Shown in pieces: positions 39,722 through 51,248 of a stretch of 64,000 nucleotides of DNA. Both the position numbers and the translations under genes were made by a program. The stretch lies in assembly GCA_905178155.1 (NCBI GenBank), contig CAJINV010000001.1, positions 13,429,712 to 13,493,711 on the forward strand. The letters run 5' to 3'. Below the pieces are notes generated by a model. That model was given only the letters and a program-made list of their open reading frames with translations, was not told the DNA's origin and made no database searches. Position 1 is the stretch's first letter; the number at the start of each line of letters is the position of its first letter. The DNA comes from Amoebophrya sp. A120. Its lineage: Eukaryota > Protista > Dinoflagellata.

Positions 39722-42517
39722 TTATTCAAAAATTCGTCCGTGAAGAGCTACCCGCGCGAACAAGGTCATCCAGAGTACGTAGAGCGCGCCAAAGAGGAAC
39801 ATGTGCGGGCCTTTGATGACGATAGTACCATCCGGCCTGGAGGCTAGCACGACCGTGACGATGTAAAACACAAACACGTTAAGGAGCTGCGACTTGGCCG
39901 CCAAACGCACCAGGTAGTCGTGTCGCCCGATCTCCACGGGCTCGCCGCCGACGAGCACGGCCACCAGCCAGGAGCAGCCGAGTCCCAGACAAATGTTGGC
40001 GATCTGCGACCCAACGCAGGCGGAAACCGCCATGGACCCGAGTCCGCGCTTCGCCACCGTCACCGAATTAATGGTGTCCGGAATCTCCGCGCCGACTGCC
40101 ACCAGACAGAGGCCGAAAAACGCCATCAAGCTGGGGACCTGCAACGCGTCCACCCAGTCACAAGAAACGTCGGTGACAATGTAGGAGAAAAAACTGATCC
40201 AAGAGAAGGACACAAAGAACGTCACGGCGTAATACCGTTCGTGCACCTCTCCGGCGCGGCAGTCCGGACAGGTCACCCGCAGACCGAATTCCACGGGAAG
40301 CAGGCACAGGTGCAAGCCCTTCCGAATCCTGCTGGCGGCGGTCGACGGGGGCGCACCCGGACCTAAGCAACACACTCCTTTCCAACACCGACTGCTGGCC
40401 ACGTAGTTGCGCCACCTCCTCACACAACACCGGCGCGTTCGTCTGAAACCTCTGACGCATCTCCTCGACAGAACAAGCACGCATGTCCGTAACCTCCGCG
40501 TGGGGGCACTGTAGTTGACGTCTTCTGCATTTATTTCTTCGTAATTGTAGAAAAGGTCGCTGTCGACGTCATCAATTAGGTCCTCTTCTTCTGCGTCGTC
40601 GAATCGCAAAATGGCAGCTTCACGAGCACTTCCAGTCGACCCGGTGTGCTGACTTTCGGGCGAAAGCGGGCTGGCCTGTGCCGCTGGTGCGCCACAAACC
40701 GGGCGATCGTAGATGGCGGCATACTTATCGTCTACCATGAGGCTATAGTCCGTCGCATTTCTCGTACCGCTGGGAGCCGTCGCCTTTTGCGACCGAGGGG
40801 GTGTTGACCCCGAACCTGTTCCGTCGGTCGAAGCTGGAGCGGGTAACTGCCGCGTCGTGCTAGGCGAAATAAGCGCTTCGGTCACGGACGCGGTGGTCGA
40901 AGAATCCGAGCCAATGGAGAGAAACGAACTCAGCACCTCGGGGACAGACGCAGAGTACGATGAAGAAGCAGGTGCACCAACATCCGCACTACTTCTTGTG
41001 AACGTGCTGTCAACCACCTGAATATGATCTTGATGCTGAGCAGAGCCGCCGGGATCTAAGCCGGGTCTGCTACTGCTCGCGAGCTGGCTGAGCTCCGTCT
41101 CCTCCACACTGATAAAACCCACCTGCCGTGGCTCCGAACTGGTACCCGTGTCGTCCTCGCCGCGCAGGAACTGACGCCGCGCCCGCACCAGCATACCGAG
41201 GTAGGACACGTACAGGAGCAAGAGCGACACGGCGGAAAAACACGAGGCTTCGCGCTCATGTAGGGCGTAGTTCAACACAAGCAAAGCGGCCGCGTAAAAA
41301 AACACGTCGCGCCGCAGTACCCCGCGCTTTAGGAACAGGGCCCGTGGTGCGTTCGCCTCCCGCTTCGGGGCGAACCACACGCAAAGCGTCGGAATGAGCA
41401 GAAACGCAATGAACCCCGACCCCAGAATGCCACCAACGCCGAGGTCGGCCGGGGACGCAATGTCCTCGCCGAAGGCCGATTCCTTCGTGAGTGCGCGTGT
41501 TGTTCTCGGTAGACTCAGATATGTCACATCGTTACTTCGTTGATGCTCCGTCTGGTCCTGTGCGCTTCGATAGGTGGAGATTGCGTTCACGGTAATTTCC
41601 GGGATTGCGGAGCCAAACGCCATGAAGCTGGCCCCGGCGACATCCTCCGGGACCTTGTTCCGCGTGCACAGCGTTTCCATCGAGTTGCACAAGTGGTCCG
41701 CGGCTAGAGCCAGGCCCACGAAAGCGTAGGCGAAAAACACCAGCTGCAGGGAACGCCGGAAAAAGATCGCTCCGGTTTCGTTCGAGAGCCACTGGGATGG
41801 GTGAAAGACGCCGCTTTCTGTTGCGGAGGCTGCTTCCACGTGCACCGCCGGGGCAGCAGAACTCGAGGATGCAGGGGAATCATTGGGTTCCCGAGTACCA
41901 GAACTTCCTTCGACATCTTCCTCATGCGTCTTTACTTCAGCACCCGTTGGTGGAGCCGTGTCAGACGGGGGCTGTTCGTCTGTTCTCGTGCCTGTTGACA
42001 GTAACGCAGGTGGTCTCAGTGTGGTCGTGGCTTGTTCTTCAGTCTTCGGAGCAGGTCCGCCTGTGGTTGCTCCACTGACGGCGGGATCTTCCACGACCTC
42101 CTTGTTACCACCCTCCCTTCTGGAGGTGAGAGCATGCGTTTTCGGTATGCTGGTTGTTTCATCCCTCTCGTCCCGATCATCGTCCTGCGACAGGGACGGC
42201 AGATCCTGCGCGGAAACGCCTGCGGAGTTGGCGGACTGCCAATGCTCACTAGGCTCCTCGGATTGACCACTGGTCGAGGCAGATTCAACACGACCGGACG
42301 AGCTCGTTGTTCCATTTTGATATTGATTTTCAAAAGTCGTATTGTTCAACTTCTGCAGCGGAAAAAGAGATGGCAATAACGCTGTCGCAGCCGTCGCTTC
42401 AGAAGAGAAAGACTTAGAACTTCTTATCCGATCTGCGGAACTTTTTATGGGTACTAGCGCAAGTCGGAAGAAGATTAGGACTACTGCTCTACAGGAAGCC
42501 AATCTCGATAAAGTCAT
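39722..42517 (-). CDS. Ca2+/cation antiporter, NCKX/SLC24-like, 931 aa, intronless
   Basis: Alpha-1 repeat DVAGASFMAFGSAIPE; alpha-2 repeat GLCLVAVGAEIPDTINSVTVAKRGLGSMAVSACVGSQIANICLGLG; signal-like N-terminus; two TM clusters separated by a large loop. Confidence 0.9.
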   Translation of the reverse strand: MTLSRLASCRAVVLIFFRLALVPIKSSADRIRSSKSFSSEATAATALLPSLFPLQKLNNTTFENQYQNGTTSSSGRVESASTSGQSEEPSEHWQSANSAGVSAQDLPSLSQDDDRDERDETTSIPKTHALTSRREGGNKEVVEDPAVSGATTGGPAPKTEEQATTTLRPPALLSTGTRTDEQPPSDTAPPTGAEVKTHEEDVEGSSGTREPNDSPASSSSAAPAVHVEAASATESGVFHPSQWLSNETGAIFFRRSLQLVFFAYAFVGLALAADHLCNSMETLCTRNKVPEDVAGASFMAFGSAIPEITVNAISTYRSAQDQTEHQRSNDVTYLSLPRTTRALTKESAFGEDIASPADLGVGGILGSGFIAFLLIPTLCVWFAPKREANAPRALFLKRGVLRRDVFFYAAALLVLNYALHEREASCFSAVSLLLLYVSYLGMLVRARRQFLRGEDDTGTSSEPRQVGFISVEETELSQLASSSRPGLDPGGSAQHQDHIQVVDSTFTRSSADVGAPASSSYSASVPEVLSSFLSIGSDSSTTASVTEALISPSTTRQLPAPASTDGTGSGSTPPRSQKATAPSGTRNATDYSLMVDDKYAAIYDRPVCGAPAAQASPLSPESQHTGSTGSAREAAILRFDDAEEEDLIDDVDSDLFYNYEEINAEDVNYSAPTRRLRTCVLVLSRRCVRGFRRTRRCCVRRWRNYVASSRCWKGVCCLGPGAPPSTAASRIRKGLHLCLLPVEFGLRVTCPDCRAGEVHERYYAVTFFVSFSWISFFSYIVTDVSCDWVDALQVPSLMAFFGLCLVAVGAEIPDTINSVTVAKRGLGSMAVSACVGSQIANICLGLGCSWLVAVLVGGEPVEIGRHDYLVRLAAKSQLLNVFVFYIVTVVLASRPDGTIVIKGPHMFLFGALYVLWMTLFARVALHGRIFE

Positions 42518-43148
42518 CCTTTCCTATTCTCCGACAGCTACAGCTGCATCTTTTCATCTACTTACATCAAAGCACCAGCCTGCAGCTACCCCGCACTATC
42601 ATTTTAAGCGAAACGCACATGGATCGCGTCACTACCATCAGGCAGAAAGTTCAGAAAGGGACTGTTCGACAAGGAAACTTTGTAATCGACCGAGAGAGAC
42701 TCTTATTGGTTCCTGCGAAAAATGATTGTCAAGAAAAAAATTTTTCCGACCTGAGAACACGCTTCTCGAAGGTCTACTTGAACATCTTCCTGCTTTGTGT
42801 TTTTTTTTCCGAACCTTCCATTTCTATCAAAATTTTAGCGCAAATCACTCGATGTCCGCCATCCTGGTCGCTACCACTCAGGGTCCCGACCCGCGTATCA
42901 TGGTCAGTTTCAACACAAAAATTTTCGGTACTGTAGCCCGCGCCTCATGCGACAGGCCATGCGCATCGGATAGTACGGATGTTGCTCGTGTTCCTGTGCA
43001 AATAAAACTGCGGTGACTGCAAGCATCCTCTCGCTAATGCGACGACCTGCGCGCCCTTGGACCGAAAACTCATGCTTTTGTGGCCATCGCTCGCAGAGGC
43101 TCTGCGGCGCCACGTTTTCGCAGTAGCGTTTCCCGGGACTATGTCTTG

Positions 43149-44346
43149 CTATGCGAAGTTCAACTGCGCCTGAAGTTCTGCTAGCTGGGCCTCCTCGTCT
43201 GCAGCAAGATTTGCACTGGCGGCGGGCTGATTTGAAGAAAGACGGACGCTTGTACATCAAACAGACATGAAAAGAAAACACGTTTGCAACCTGCTGTAGA
43301 GAGCGCTGCGGTAGTTAGTAAATTGTACCTTTGCTGATGCGGGTGCTGCGGTTGCCGCTGCTGGTTGCGAGGATGAAGGTATCGTTTTCGCGTTTAAGAG
43401 GTCTTCTTCGAGTAGCTGGGCGGATAGCTGGTCCAGCTCCTCGTCTAGGTCCATATCGCCCCCAATTTGGTCCGCATCTGAGCAATGATAGAGATACAAG
43501 CTGGGGAACAAGGTCATTTTCACGTTAGAACCAAACGCAAACGACAACACAGCAGTTACCACACTTTTCTCATGCAGGAAAAAAATCACTATACTCTGCG
43601 CAAACAGGTCCGACACTTCGTTGCTGAAATCGTTCTGCTCTGCAAGATCGTCGAAAAGCTGCTCCACCTGAGTTTGAGATAAACAATAACAACAAAAATC
43701 CCAGTCTTCTGGTGAATTACGTCCCATGCTATGGAATTCCGGCGCGCCTGCAGAAATATCGAAATGTCTTCAACTGCGTGAATCATAAGCGACAACGCAG
43801 AGTACCTTGTCGGCATTCATATCTTGCGCTATCTTTTTCTGCATCGCAAGCCCTTGTTCCATGGCTCGCACTGCCGTCATATTGGTTGTCGCGTTTTCTA
43901 GCTGCCTGTGATAGAAATTTTTTGAGAGATGGATGCAAAAAAGAAAAAGAACTTTTTTTACAAAACTGCTTGATCTGGTCGTCGTCGATACAAAGTCGAT
44001 ACATGTTCTCCCGGAAAAACACTGATTGTGAAGGGTAAAAGTGATGAAGAAAAGAGTACAGGCATTGATTTTCCAGGGTGAGTATCTGGTTGTCAATCTG
44101 CTGTGCGTTTTTGGTCAACGCCTGCTTGCGCAGCAGGGCCATTTTGGCCCCGTTTTTGTCCTTTTTTCTGACCTTGTCCCGTACACTCTCTTCAAGCTCC
44201 GCTACTTGTGCGTCCATGTATTTTCTCCTCTTCTCGAGCGCTTCGATATCCCCCCGCAATCTCTTGATCGTGTCTGCTGCCTCGGCCCCCAAGCTCTTTG
44301 CCGGCTTCTCCTCCTTTTTCTTCTTGCTTCCGAAGAACAGATTCAT
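43149..44346 (-). CDS. SNF7: ESCRT-III subunit Snf7/Vps32/CHMP4, ~228 aa; exons 44346-44060, 43905-43806, 43667-43595, 43477-43329, 43226-43149
   Basis: MNLFFGSKKK, IKRLRGDIEALEKRRKY, AKMALLRKQ, TLENQ.LQLENA, LDEELDQL and C-terminal DEEAQLAELQAQL. Four GT..AG introns give a 687-nt CDS. Confidence 0.88.
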
Positions 44347-45569
44347 GGTGTGTTCGTCTTTGTTCCTGCGAAAAGTAACAAAGACCACGCGGATGTCTAT
44401 TTCCGATAAAGCAGAGGCTGAATCGGATCTCGATTCCTCTTTCAATCAGCAACAGCCTGGCCCGCTATCCCTGAAATGCTCGAATCCTTTTTATGCTTTT
44501 CTAGACAGAGCTTCTACCTGGTGTGCGAGGTTCTACTCGGATCTTCGTAAGGTCTTTCCGGCGTGAGAAGTGACTGATTTTTGGACGCGTACGCAACCTG
44601 CAGCTGCTACAAATTCCGCGTGCCGCTCAATTTGAGGTGGTGGTGGATGTCAAAGGGGTAGAAAGGTCGGACGGGTCGTCCGCAATCGCGCAGCGCTTTG
44701 TACCGCAAGTGGGAGTTGTATCAAATTGCTGCCACGGTCAACGACCAAGAAAGGCTTTCCGTTGCTCGCGATCTCGTGAAGGCGTGTCTTCCTTAGGGCG
44801 CACCAAAGGTAGGTCCTCAACGTAGCACGCTAGCGGCGTTCAGGAGGAAGGCCTGGCACGAAAATCCTCACAGTATGAACGCCATCGCGGTCAACCTTCT
44901 CCTGCGAGCCGCATCACAGATTTACCAGCGTGTAGACAAACATTGAGATGAAATAGGCCTTGTAACAGGCGTGACAAAACAAAAAGCAGCTTTCTTTACA
45001 ACTTTCTTCACACACGATAAAGCGCACGGGAAACCAATCCAACAGCTCTTAAGCACAAAAATTTTCTAAAGTCCTACTGCTGCCGGAGTCTTGGGCGAGA
45101 ATGACTAAAAAAAGAAAAACACCGCAATCTTCTACTTCCAGAGCGAATCAACATATGCAGAACCTGTGGCACGGTGTCTCGACTATCTATCTGATTTTGT
45201 TCGATTTTGATACAAGTGACCCACGTGCCAACTTTGCACGAATCTAATGGAACGGTGAAGCTGAACTATTTCAGCAATTGTGCACCAAAGTCTATGGTGC
45301 AGGCTTTCCTGAAATAAAAGCGCGACCCTGCCGCTGAACACTTGCAAATTACAGTACTGGAGGCAGTAGTGGTTTTGATGTTCGCACTTCATTATGTGAT
45401 TGTCGCTTGCTGTAAATGTCGTTCGGATTCCTTTTTCAGAAAGGGCGAGTCAGCCTGTCGTCCTCGCTTTATCGTTTTGATGGATAAGTACTTAACAGTA
45501 CAATCACAATGTCGCACGAGCAATCATACCACACAGTTTACGCACCCAGCGCACGCCTTCAAGAAATGA

Positions 45570-48500
45570 TCAAGCGCCACCAGCAGCACCACACGCTGTA
45601 GCGTCTGCTACCCTCTGCGTAGTTTTTGCTTGTTTCTCAGTCGCGTCGCAGCTATTCGGCACTATTTCTACGATGATTTTCAGCTTCTCCATACCCCGCC
45701 CGGCGACCACGACACTTGTCGTGCCAGCATCGTCTCTTCTTGATTCTAGAATACACAGCGCCTGAATTTCCGTCACAGACGTGCGGGACGAGGCCACAAG
45801 GGTTAGCGGCTTCACCGAAGACGATCTGTTGTGCGCTTTCCCGACCGTTGCGGAAGATGATGAGCACCTGTAAGATTGGAGCATCTCCCTGCAGCAATAC
45901 ACCCGGACTACGCGATCCCATCCCGCGGTGACCAACAGTTGTCGTGGTTCATCATAAGCGACACACTTCAAGGCGCACGCGGAAATATGGCCCCTTGTGT
46001 TTGCGATTTCGACCGCCGGCTGTTCTGGCCATGCAGCTTTATTGGTGGCATGCGCAAACACGTCGCCATCCTGTTTCTCGAAGAAAGGGCGCAGGATGTA
46101 GCACATCCCATCGTCGCAGGCAGCCGCGATCAGTGGCGTTTGATTTTCTGTAGAATTTTCCGGTGCTTCTGCTTTCATAATTGTGACCGCACATACCGCA
46201 TTTACCGAACCGGGCAGGAACTTGAACGAGTCGCGGTCCCATTTATTCATTCTCCCATCGAAAAGGTATACACCGCCGTCGGTACAGCCGACCGCGAAGC
46301 TCGCCGCTGGCTGTCCTGCCTCATGTAGTTCTACTTGGGGCTCAACACGACGAGCAGTCTGGTGCATCTTGACGATCCCCCCATCTTCATCCATGTTCTT
46401 TCGCATCGTTGGTTGCCTTAGCAACGCAACTGCCATTCCTACCCCAGTTCCCGGAATTTCGAGCCGAGAAAGGCGACCGAGGCGGGCGGTCGTTCCAGTG
46501 AGAAACAGTGTCCCGAACAGGACCACACCACTGGAGGTGGTGGTTGCGAAGCGCAGCAGGTTTTCTCCGTCCACTCTGGCGTCGATGGCCAGCAGGCGGT
46601 CCTGTGCGAGAACCTTGTGAAACTTCAGGGTGTACGGAGCTGCCGTTGCGTCGAAAACTTTCAGTTCGCCGTGCGCGCTACCGGTCACGAGAAAAGAACG
46701 ACGACCACCGTTCGAAGAACTTTCTGTTTGTTGTTGTTCTGCGCAACACATGCATTTCACAGCGGAGGCCTGTCGGTGAAAAATTTCCGTGTCGCATGAC
46801 GAAAAAGACATCGGCTTCACGCTGTTCTGCTCGCTGTGAAAAACATGTTCTTCTCGCTGCTCTGCCCCATAATCACTCTCACCGCTTTCCCGAAACGTGT
46901 GTACTGCAAGCACGTTCTCTTCCCCTCCGGAAAATAAAACATCTTCCTCACTAGGGTTGCTGTTCTGTGACGTCGCTGACGATGATCTTGCGATCATGCT
47001 TCTTCGCGGACAAGCCAGCGCCAAAACTTCCTTCCCGACACCGGCGTTGAGCAGCTTCTGCGAGAAGGTGTTGACTTTTGGGATCTTTTTGACATACACA
47101 GCATCCTGTTGAGTGTAAACGAATTCCTCGCTCGAGATGCAGAAGGCCCGTCGCGCGCCGCCACAGTTCACCTTGACCAGCTCGTCGCCCTGGTAGCCGC
47201 TCACCATGACAAAATCCCCCGCTGTGAAGCCCGCCAGAAGGGGTTCTTTTTGTTCTTGCTCACCTTCTACACATGATCCACCGGCGGCATCATGGAAGTA
47301 AAGATGCGAAATCTGCGAGGATTTATACCAAAACACCTTTTCCAAAGAGAAAACCGGGTTTCTTTTCCCATCAGCACTGCTGCTTGACGCAGTTGTAGAT
47401 GAGTCTGACACGATAAATTCGTTGCGACAGCTCACGCGCCACTGTGCCACCGTCGAGTCCGCGCCAAGGGAGTAGAACGAGCCTGCGCGGCTTTTGTCTC
47501 TGTGTAACGATAAAATCTTGCCCGCGTGCGCATTTCCTTGCTCGAAAAGCTGGGCACCCGTTGAATATTCGAAGAACCGCATACGTCCCTGGTCATCGCC
47601 GAAAACAAAGACTAAGGCAGGTTTGCCTTGACTTTCGACGTTCACACACTCGACAAGACAACAGGCCTGCACTTTCAATTGTGGCTGCTGCCACAAAAGC
47701 GACAAAGTGGAAGGGTCGCCGCCTGGATTGCTGACACTTGGCTCTCCGTCTCCAACCCTTATTTCGTACACTGCAATAGCACTGGCGGCGGCAGCAACGA
47801 GAAAGTGTTTGATTTCACCGCCTGTCTCGTCACAGCCAGTCGCTGCGAGCGGGCGGCTGAATGGCCAGAGATTGACTACGCGTCCCTTCTGCGGGAAAGG
47901 GCACGCTGCGACTTGCATTGTGCGAGCAGAATCGACTTCAGAGAAGGGCCGCTTTTCGATGTTCATTTCTACACCTGCTGGTGAATTGAAACTACAAATT
48001 CGACCGCAGGCAGTGCCGGCAAAGACGACAAACTGATCACCGTCGTTGCCGCACGACGCTGCTGGTATCCGCATGTCACAAATTTTGGTGCACTGCATCC
48101 TTGGTCGAGGTCCTTCCTCCGGATGCTGTACCTCAGTACCGTCTCTCGCAGTTCCAGCGGACGGGTCAAATTGTTGCACTTTCCCGCCGTCGGTGCTGGC
48201 ACTTCTATCCTCCGGTTGCTTGTTCAACGACGACGCTAAGTGCGGAAGGTTCAACATTTCGTACGCATCGGACGGATTGTCTTCTCTTGTCTCGGCCCCG
48301 GTCGATAGTGATCTGCTACACACGGTAGGTGATCTGTTCACACAAAAAAGTCGCCCGTAGTTTGTCGCAACCAGATACGCACTGGTATCGCCGAGTCGCA
48401 CAATGTCGCGGACCCAATCCTTTTGTTTTGTGCAAGTCCTCGAAGCATCTTGCGTTCGTGTGCAATCATCTGGAATGCTAAAAAGCAAGTCAGTGCAGGG

Positions 48501-50105
48501 CTCAGCTCGTTCTCCAAGTATTTCCGGAGCGCCATCTCCAGTAAGCGTGCCTTCTTGCGTTGTCGACACGCCAGGGTAGCTGCAGCTGAATGTGAATTTG
48601 TGAAAACCACCGTCACAGCCCACGTAGAGCTCCAAAGAAGAGGCTTCATTTGCGGCGCGCTCCAAAAAGCAGAAGCGGCCCGGTGCGGTCAAACTGAAAG
48701 TCCGCAGGCACGTACAACCCCTCCAGACCTTCACGGTCTGGTCTTCGGAAGCAGTTACCGTCAGAAAATCATCCTGGAAGATTGCAGCAAAGCGGCGGTC
48801 GCTCTTGGAACCATCGTTGTTCATCTTTGCCCTACTTCTACTTCCACCGATGTCAAACGTCCGGACGCATGTCACTCTGCCACCGTGGCCGGTCAGCTGC
48901 CCGAGCAGCCGCCAACGGCTCCTCGTCACATCAGTCGCTGTTGTAGCGTCATTTCCCTCCTCCGTAAGTTTTATTCCCGTTGAATCTTCATCAGAGTCTT
49001 CCCCCCAAATGCGCACACTGCGGTCGTCGGACGCCGACAAAACCACCCTGCCGTCCAGCTCCGGAACCGCGTGAACGTCCAAAATCGCCGCGTTCGGGTG
49101 GCTCCCGACCTCTGCTGGGCGCGCGTTTCCGCTTCGTCGACACACCGTGAATATCTTGCCAAACGGGCCGCCGCAGAAAGGCTTCGGATTTTTCTTGCCG
49201 GAAGTAGAGAATCCTCCTGTACTTTTGACCATTGCTCCTCCGCCTCTTTCAGCAGTGCTGGTCTCTGGCACAAACACGACGTCCGCGGCATAGGAGACCG
49301 AGTGAGAAACGACGTCTGCGGCCTCGTGACGCGGGGACGCTTCATCTTTCCGGAACCGCCATGACCCACGAGAGGCTTCGCACACGGATTGTTGTACTTC
49401 AGGGACGACTTCCACAATGAACTTTTTTATCGAGCCCAATGCGGTGATGACGATAAGTCGAAACAGGTCGCTGCCGCCAGGACGACTTCTACCGCTGCTG
49501 CTGCATAAGTCGAGTTCACAATGCAGAATCCATTCTTCCTTCCCCAAAACGTGCAATGCGCTTCGATGCGCATCCACGTCGACGTGACCACATCTGGTGG
49601 AAAGCAGAGTCGCTGCACCGCTCGAGGACGAGGAAGATGAGGGCGTCTTCGCGCTAGGCGCTGATGCTGATGTACGATAACTCAAGAGAGAGTTACTTCG
49701 CATCGCCTCGTCACTTCGAAGTGTCACACCCTTGAGTGCAATCCGGTCCTCACCCCAAGAAAGCAACACAGTCCGTTGATGAGCCCCTTCTTGCGCATCC
49801 TGTTTCTCTGTGGAGCTGTTGACACCAGCTCCGTACGAAAAAAGCTGCACCCCATGGGCAATTGTTCCTGTCGATGGCTCCTGCCGGTCGCACTCGAAGG
49901 TGCAGCCGTCTTTCGTTTCACTAGCGTTGCCGAGTACTTGCGGCGCAACGCCCAGAAAGCTCCCCGTGTCCTTTTCAAAGAAGTGCACGTCTGGGCCCAT
50001 GGAAACACACTGCACTTTCCTTCCGGAGACGCATCCGGACGCGCCGGCAAGGCAAGGGCCACGGAAACCCTGACTCACGAGGCTAACCCGCTCAGCCTGG
50101 GCCAT
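45570..50105 (-). CDS. WD40-repeat protein, WDR6/Trm734-like (tRNA 2'-O-methyltransferase partner), 1511 aa, intronless
   Basis: WD repeats SASDDRSVRIW, GHGGRVTCV, TASEDQTVKVW, TAGWDRVVRVY; WDR6-like AGFTAGDFV..VNCGGARRAF motif. Confidence 0.7.
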   Translation of the reverse strand: MAQAERVSLVSQGFRGPCLAGASGCVSGRKVQCVSMGPDVHFFEKDTGSFLGVAPQVLGNASETKDGCTFECDRQEPSTGTIAHGVQLFSYGAGVNSSTEKQDAQEGAHQRTVLLSWGEDRIALKGVTLRSDEAMRSNSLLSYRTSASAPSAKTPSSSSSSSGAATLLSTRCGHVDVDAHRSALHVLGKEEWILHCELDLCSSSGRSRPGGSDLFRLIVITALGSIKKFIVEVVPEVQQSVCEASRGSWRFRKDEASPRHEAADVVSHSVSYAADVVFVPETSTAERGGGAMVKSTGGFSTSGKKNPKPFCGGPFGKIFTVCRRSGNARPAEVGSHPNAAILDVHAVPELDGRVVLSASDDRSVRIWGEDSDEDSTGIKLTEEGNDATTATDVTRSRWRLLGQLTGHGGRVTCVRTFDIGGSRSRAKMNNDGSKSDRRFAAIFQDDFLTVTASEDQTVKVWRGCTCLRTFSLTAPGRFCFLERAANEASSLELYVGCDGGFHKFTFSCSYPGVSTTQEGTLTGDGAPEILGERAEPCTDLLFSIPDDCTRTQDASRTCTKQKDWVRDIVRLGDTSAYLVATNYGRLFCVNRSPTVCSRSLSTGAETREDNPSDAYEMLNLPHLASSLNKQPEDRSASTDGGKVQQFDPSAGTARDGTEVQHPEEGPRPRMQCTKICDMRIPAASCGNDGDQFVVFAGTACGRICSFNSPAGVEMNIEKRPFSEVDSARTMQVAACPFPQKGRVVNLWPFSRPLAATGCDETGGEIKHFLVAAAASAIAVYEIRVGDGEPSVSNPGGDPSTLSLLWQQPQLKVQACCLVECVNVESQGKPALVFVFGDDQGRMRFFEYSTGAQLFEQGNAHAGKILSLHRDKSRAGSFYSLGADSTVAQWRVSCRNEFIVSDSSTTASSSSADGKRNPVFSLEKVFWYKSSQISHLYFHDAAGGSCVEGEQEQKEPLLAGFTAGDFVMVSGYQGDELVKVNCGGARRAFCISSEEFVYTQQDAVYVKKIPKVNTFSQKLLNAGVGKEVLALACPRRSMIARSSSATSQNSNPSEEDVLFSGGEENVLAVHTFRESGESDYGAEQREEHVFHSEQNSVKPMSFSSCDTEIFHRQASAVKCMCCAEQQQTESSSNGGRRSFLVTGSAHGELKVFDATAAPYTLKFHKVLAQDRLLAIDARVDGENLLRFATTTSSGVVLFGTLFLTGTTARLGRLSRLEIPGTGVGMAVALLRQPTMRKNMDEDGGIVKMHQTARRVEPQVELHEAGQPAASFAVGCTDGGVYLFDGRMNKWDRDSFKFLPGSVNAVCAVTIMKAEAPENSTENQTPLIAAACDDGMCYILRPFFEKQDGDVFAHATNKAAWPEQPAVEIANTRGHISACALKCVAYDEPRQLLVTAGWDRVVRVYCCREMLQSYRCSSSSATVGKAHNRSSSVKPLTLVASSRTSVTEIQALCILESRRDDAGTTSVVVAGRGMEKLKIIVEIVPNSCDATEKQAKTTQRVADATACGAAGGA

Positions 50106-51248
50106 TTTGGTGACGGAACTACAGGGCTATCACCACACACCGCGAACAAGCTTCGATCGAGTAACAAGGCAGAACTAAGTAGGCGATATCTAGCACATGG
50201 TTCTCTACTGCGATGGAATAGGAGAATAGCCGTAGTACTAGATTATTATGGACAAGCAGCAAGTACAACACCGGAGAAGCATTAGAAATAGGTGTAAGTG
50301 CTTCTCGAGAAGCCGCACAACAGCCATCCACCTCGGCCGCGTACTGGTATATGTCGCTGTATTTTTCGACTTCTATCAATCATGCAGTTCTTCGGATCAC
50401 AAGACTTAGATCGTGGCCTCCGCTTGTGACCTTGTTTTTGCATGATCTTGTTGAGGATCGGACTTTTAGCGCTGTCGGTGCACCGAGCCTTTCCTGGATC
50501 TCAAAGAGCCTTTTTCAGGAGCTACATTTCTATTTCTTGGAATTGGATCACAGCAGATGCCCGATCATTGAGAACCTCTAACCATTTCCTTGCACCACAT
50601 TCTGTTCCTCCTCTGCAAATGCGAACCACAAAATTGCGCATACTTAAGATGGCAGCTACTTTCCCGGGTTAAAGCTTGACAGAATGAAAGGGAAACTTAA
50701 ACTTTTCCTTTTGTGAAAACCAACTTTGGAATACTGAAAAACATGCATGCAATGGTTTTACGATTTGCACTTGATGTCCAGCAAGTTGTCTGCAGAGCCA
50801 AGAACTAAGGTACAATCATTTTCTGAAATTCGCCGCAGTCGCGTTATTCTCAAAGTAATGCTATCAATTTAGGAAAAATTGGGTTTGCTGTTTTGCAGTG
50901 ATGAAAGAGGTTATATTGTAAAAGTCTTGGAGCACGCGCGAACCTCCAAAGGATTGCAGGCCTCATATTTCAACATGGACATGGGTATGCATTTTTTGAG
51001 CTGGTGAATGGTGTTCGATGCTACCTTTTTTATCTGAAAACTTCTTACTCGCCTCGTTCTTATTGATTCCTAAAGTTCTCAATGAATTCTGCGAACAAGC
51101 TCTTTGTTCTCAAATTGAAATTGACTTCGAATTTTACATTTGTTGAGAGGCGAGAATTTGAATTTCCGATGGTATCCAGGGTCGCGCAGAGCATGGCCGG
51201 AGCATCCAATCTTTGTTTGGCTTTGGCGCGGCATCTGCACTGCGTCAA

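Noticed and set aside
50101-50110. gccattttgg, matching part of the dinoflagellate spliced leader
   Set aside because: Wrong strand; it is simply the reverse complement of the ccaaaATGgc start context.
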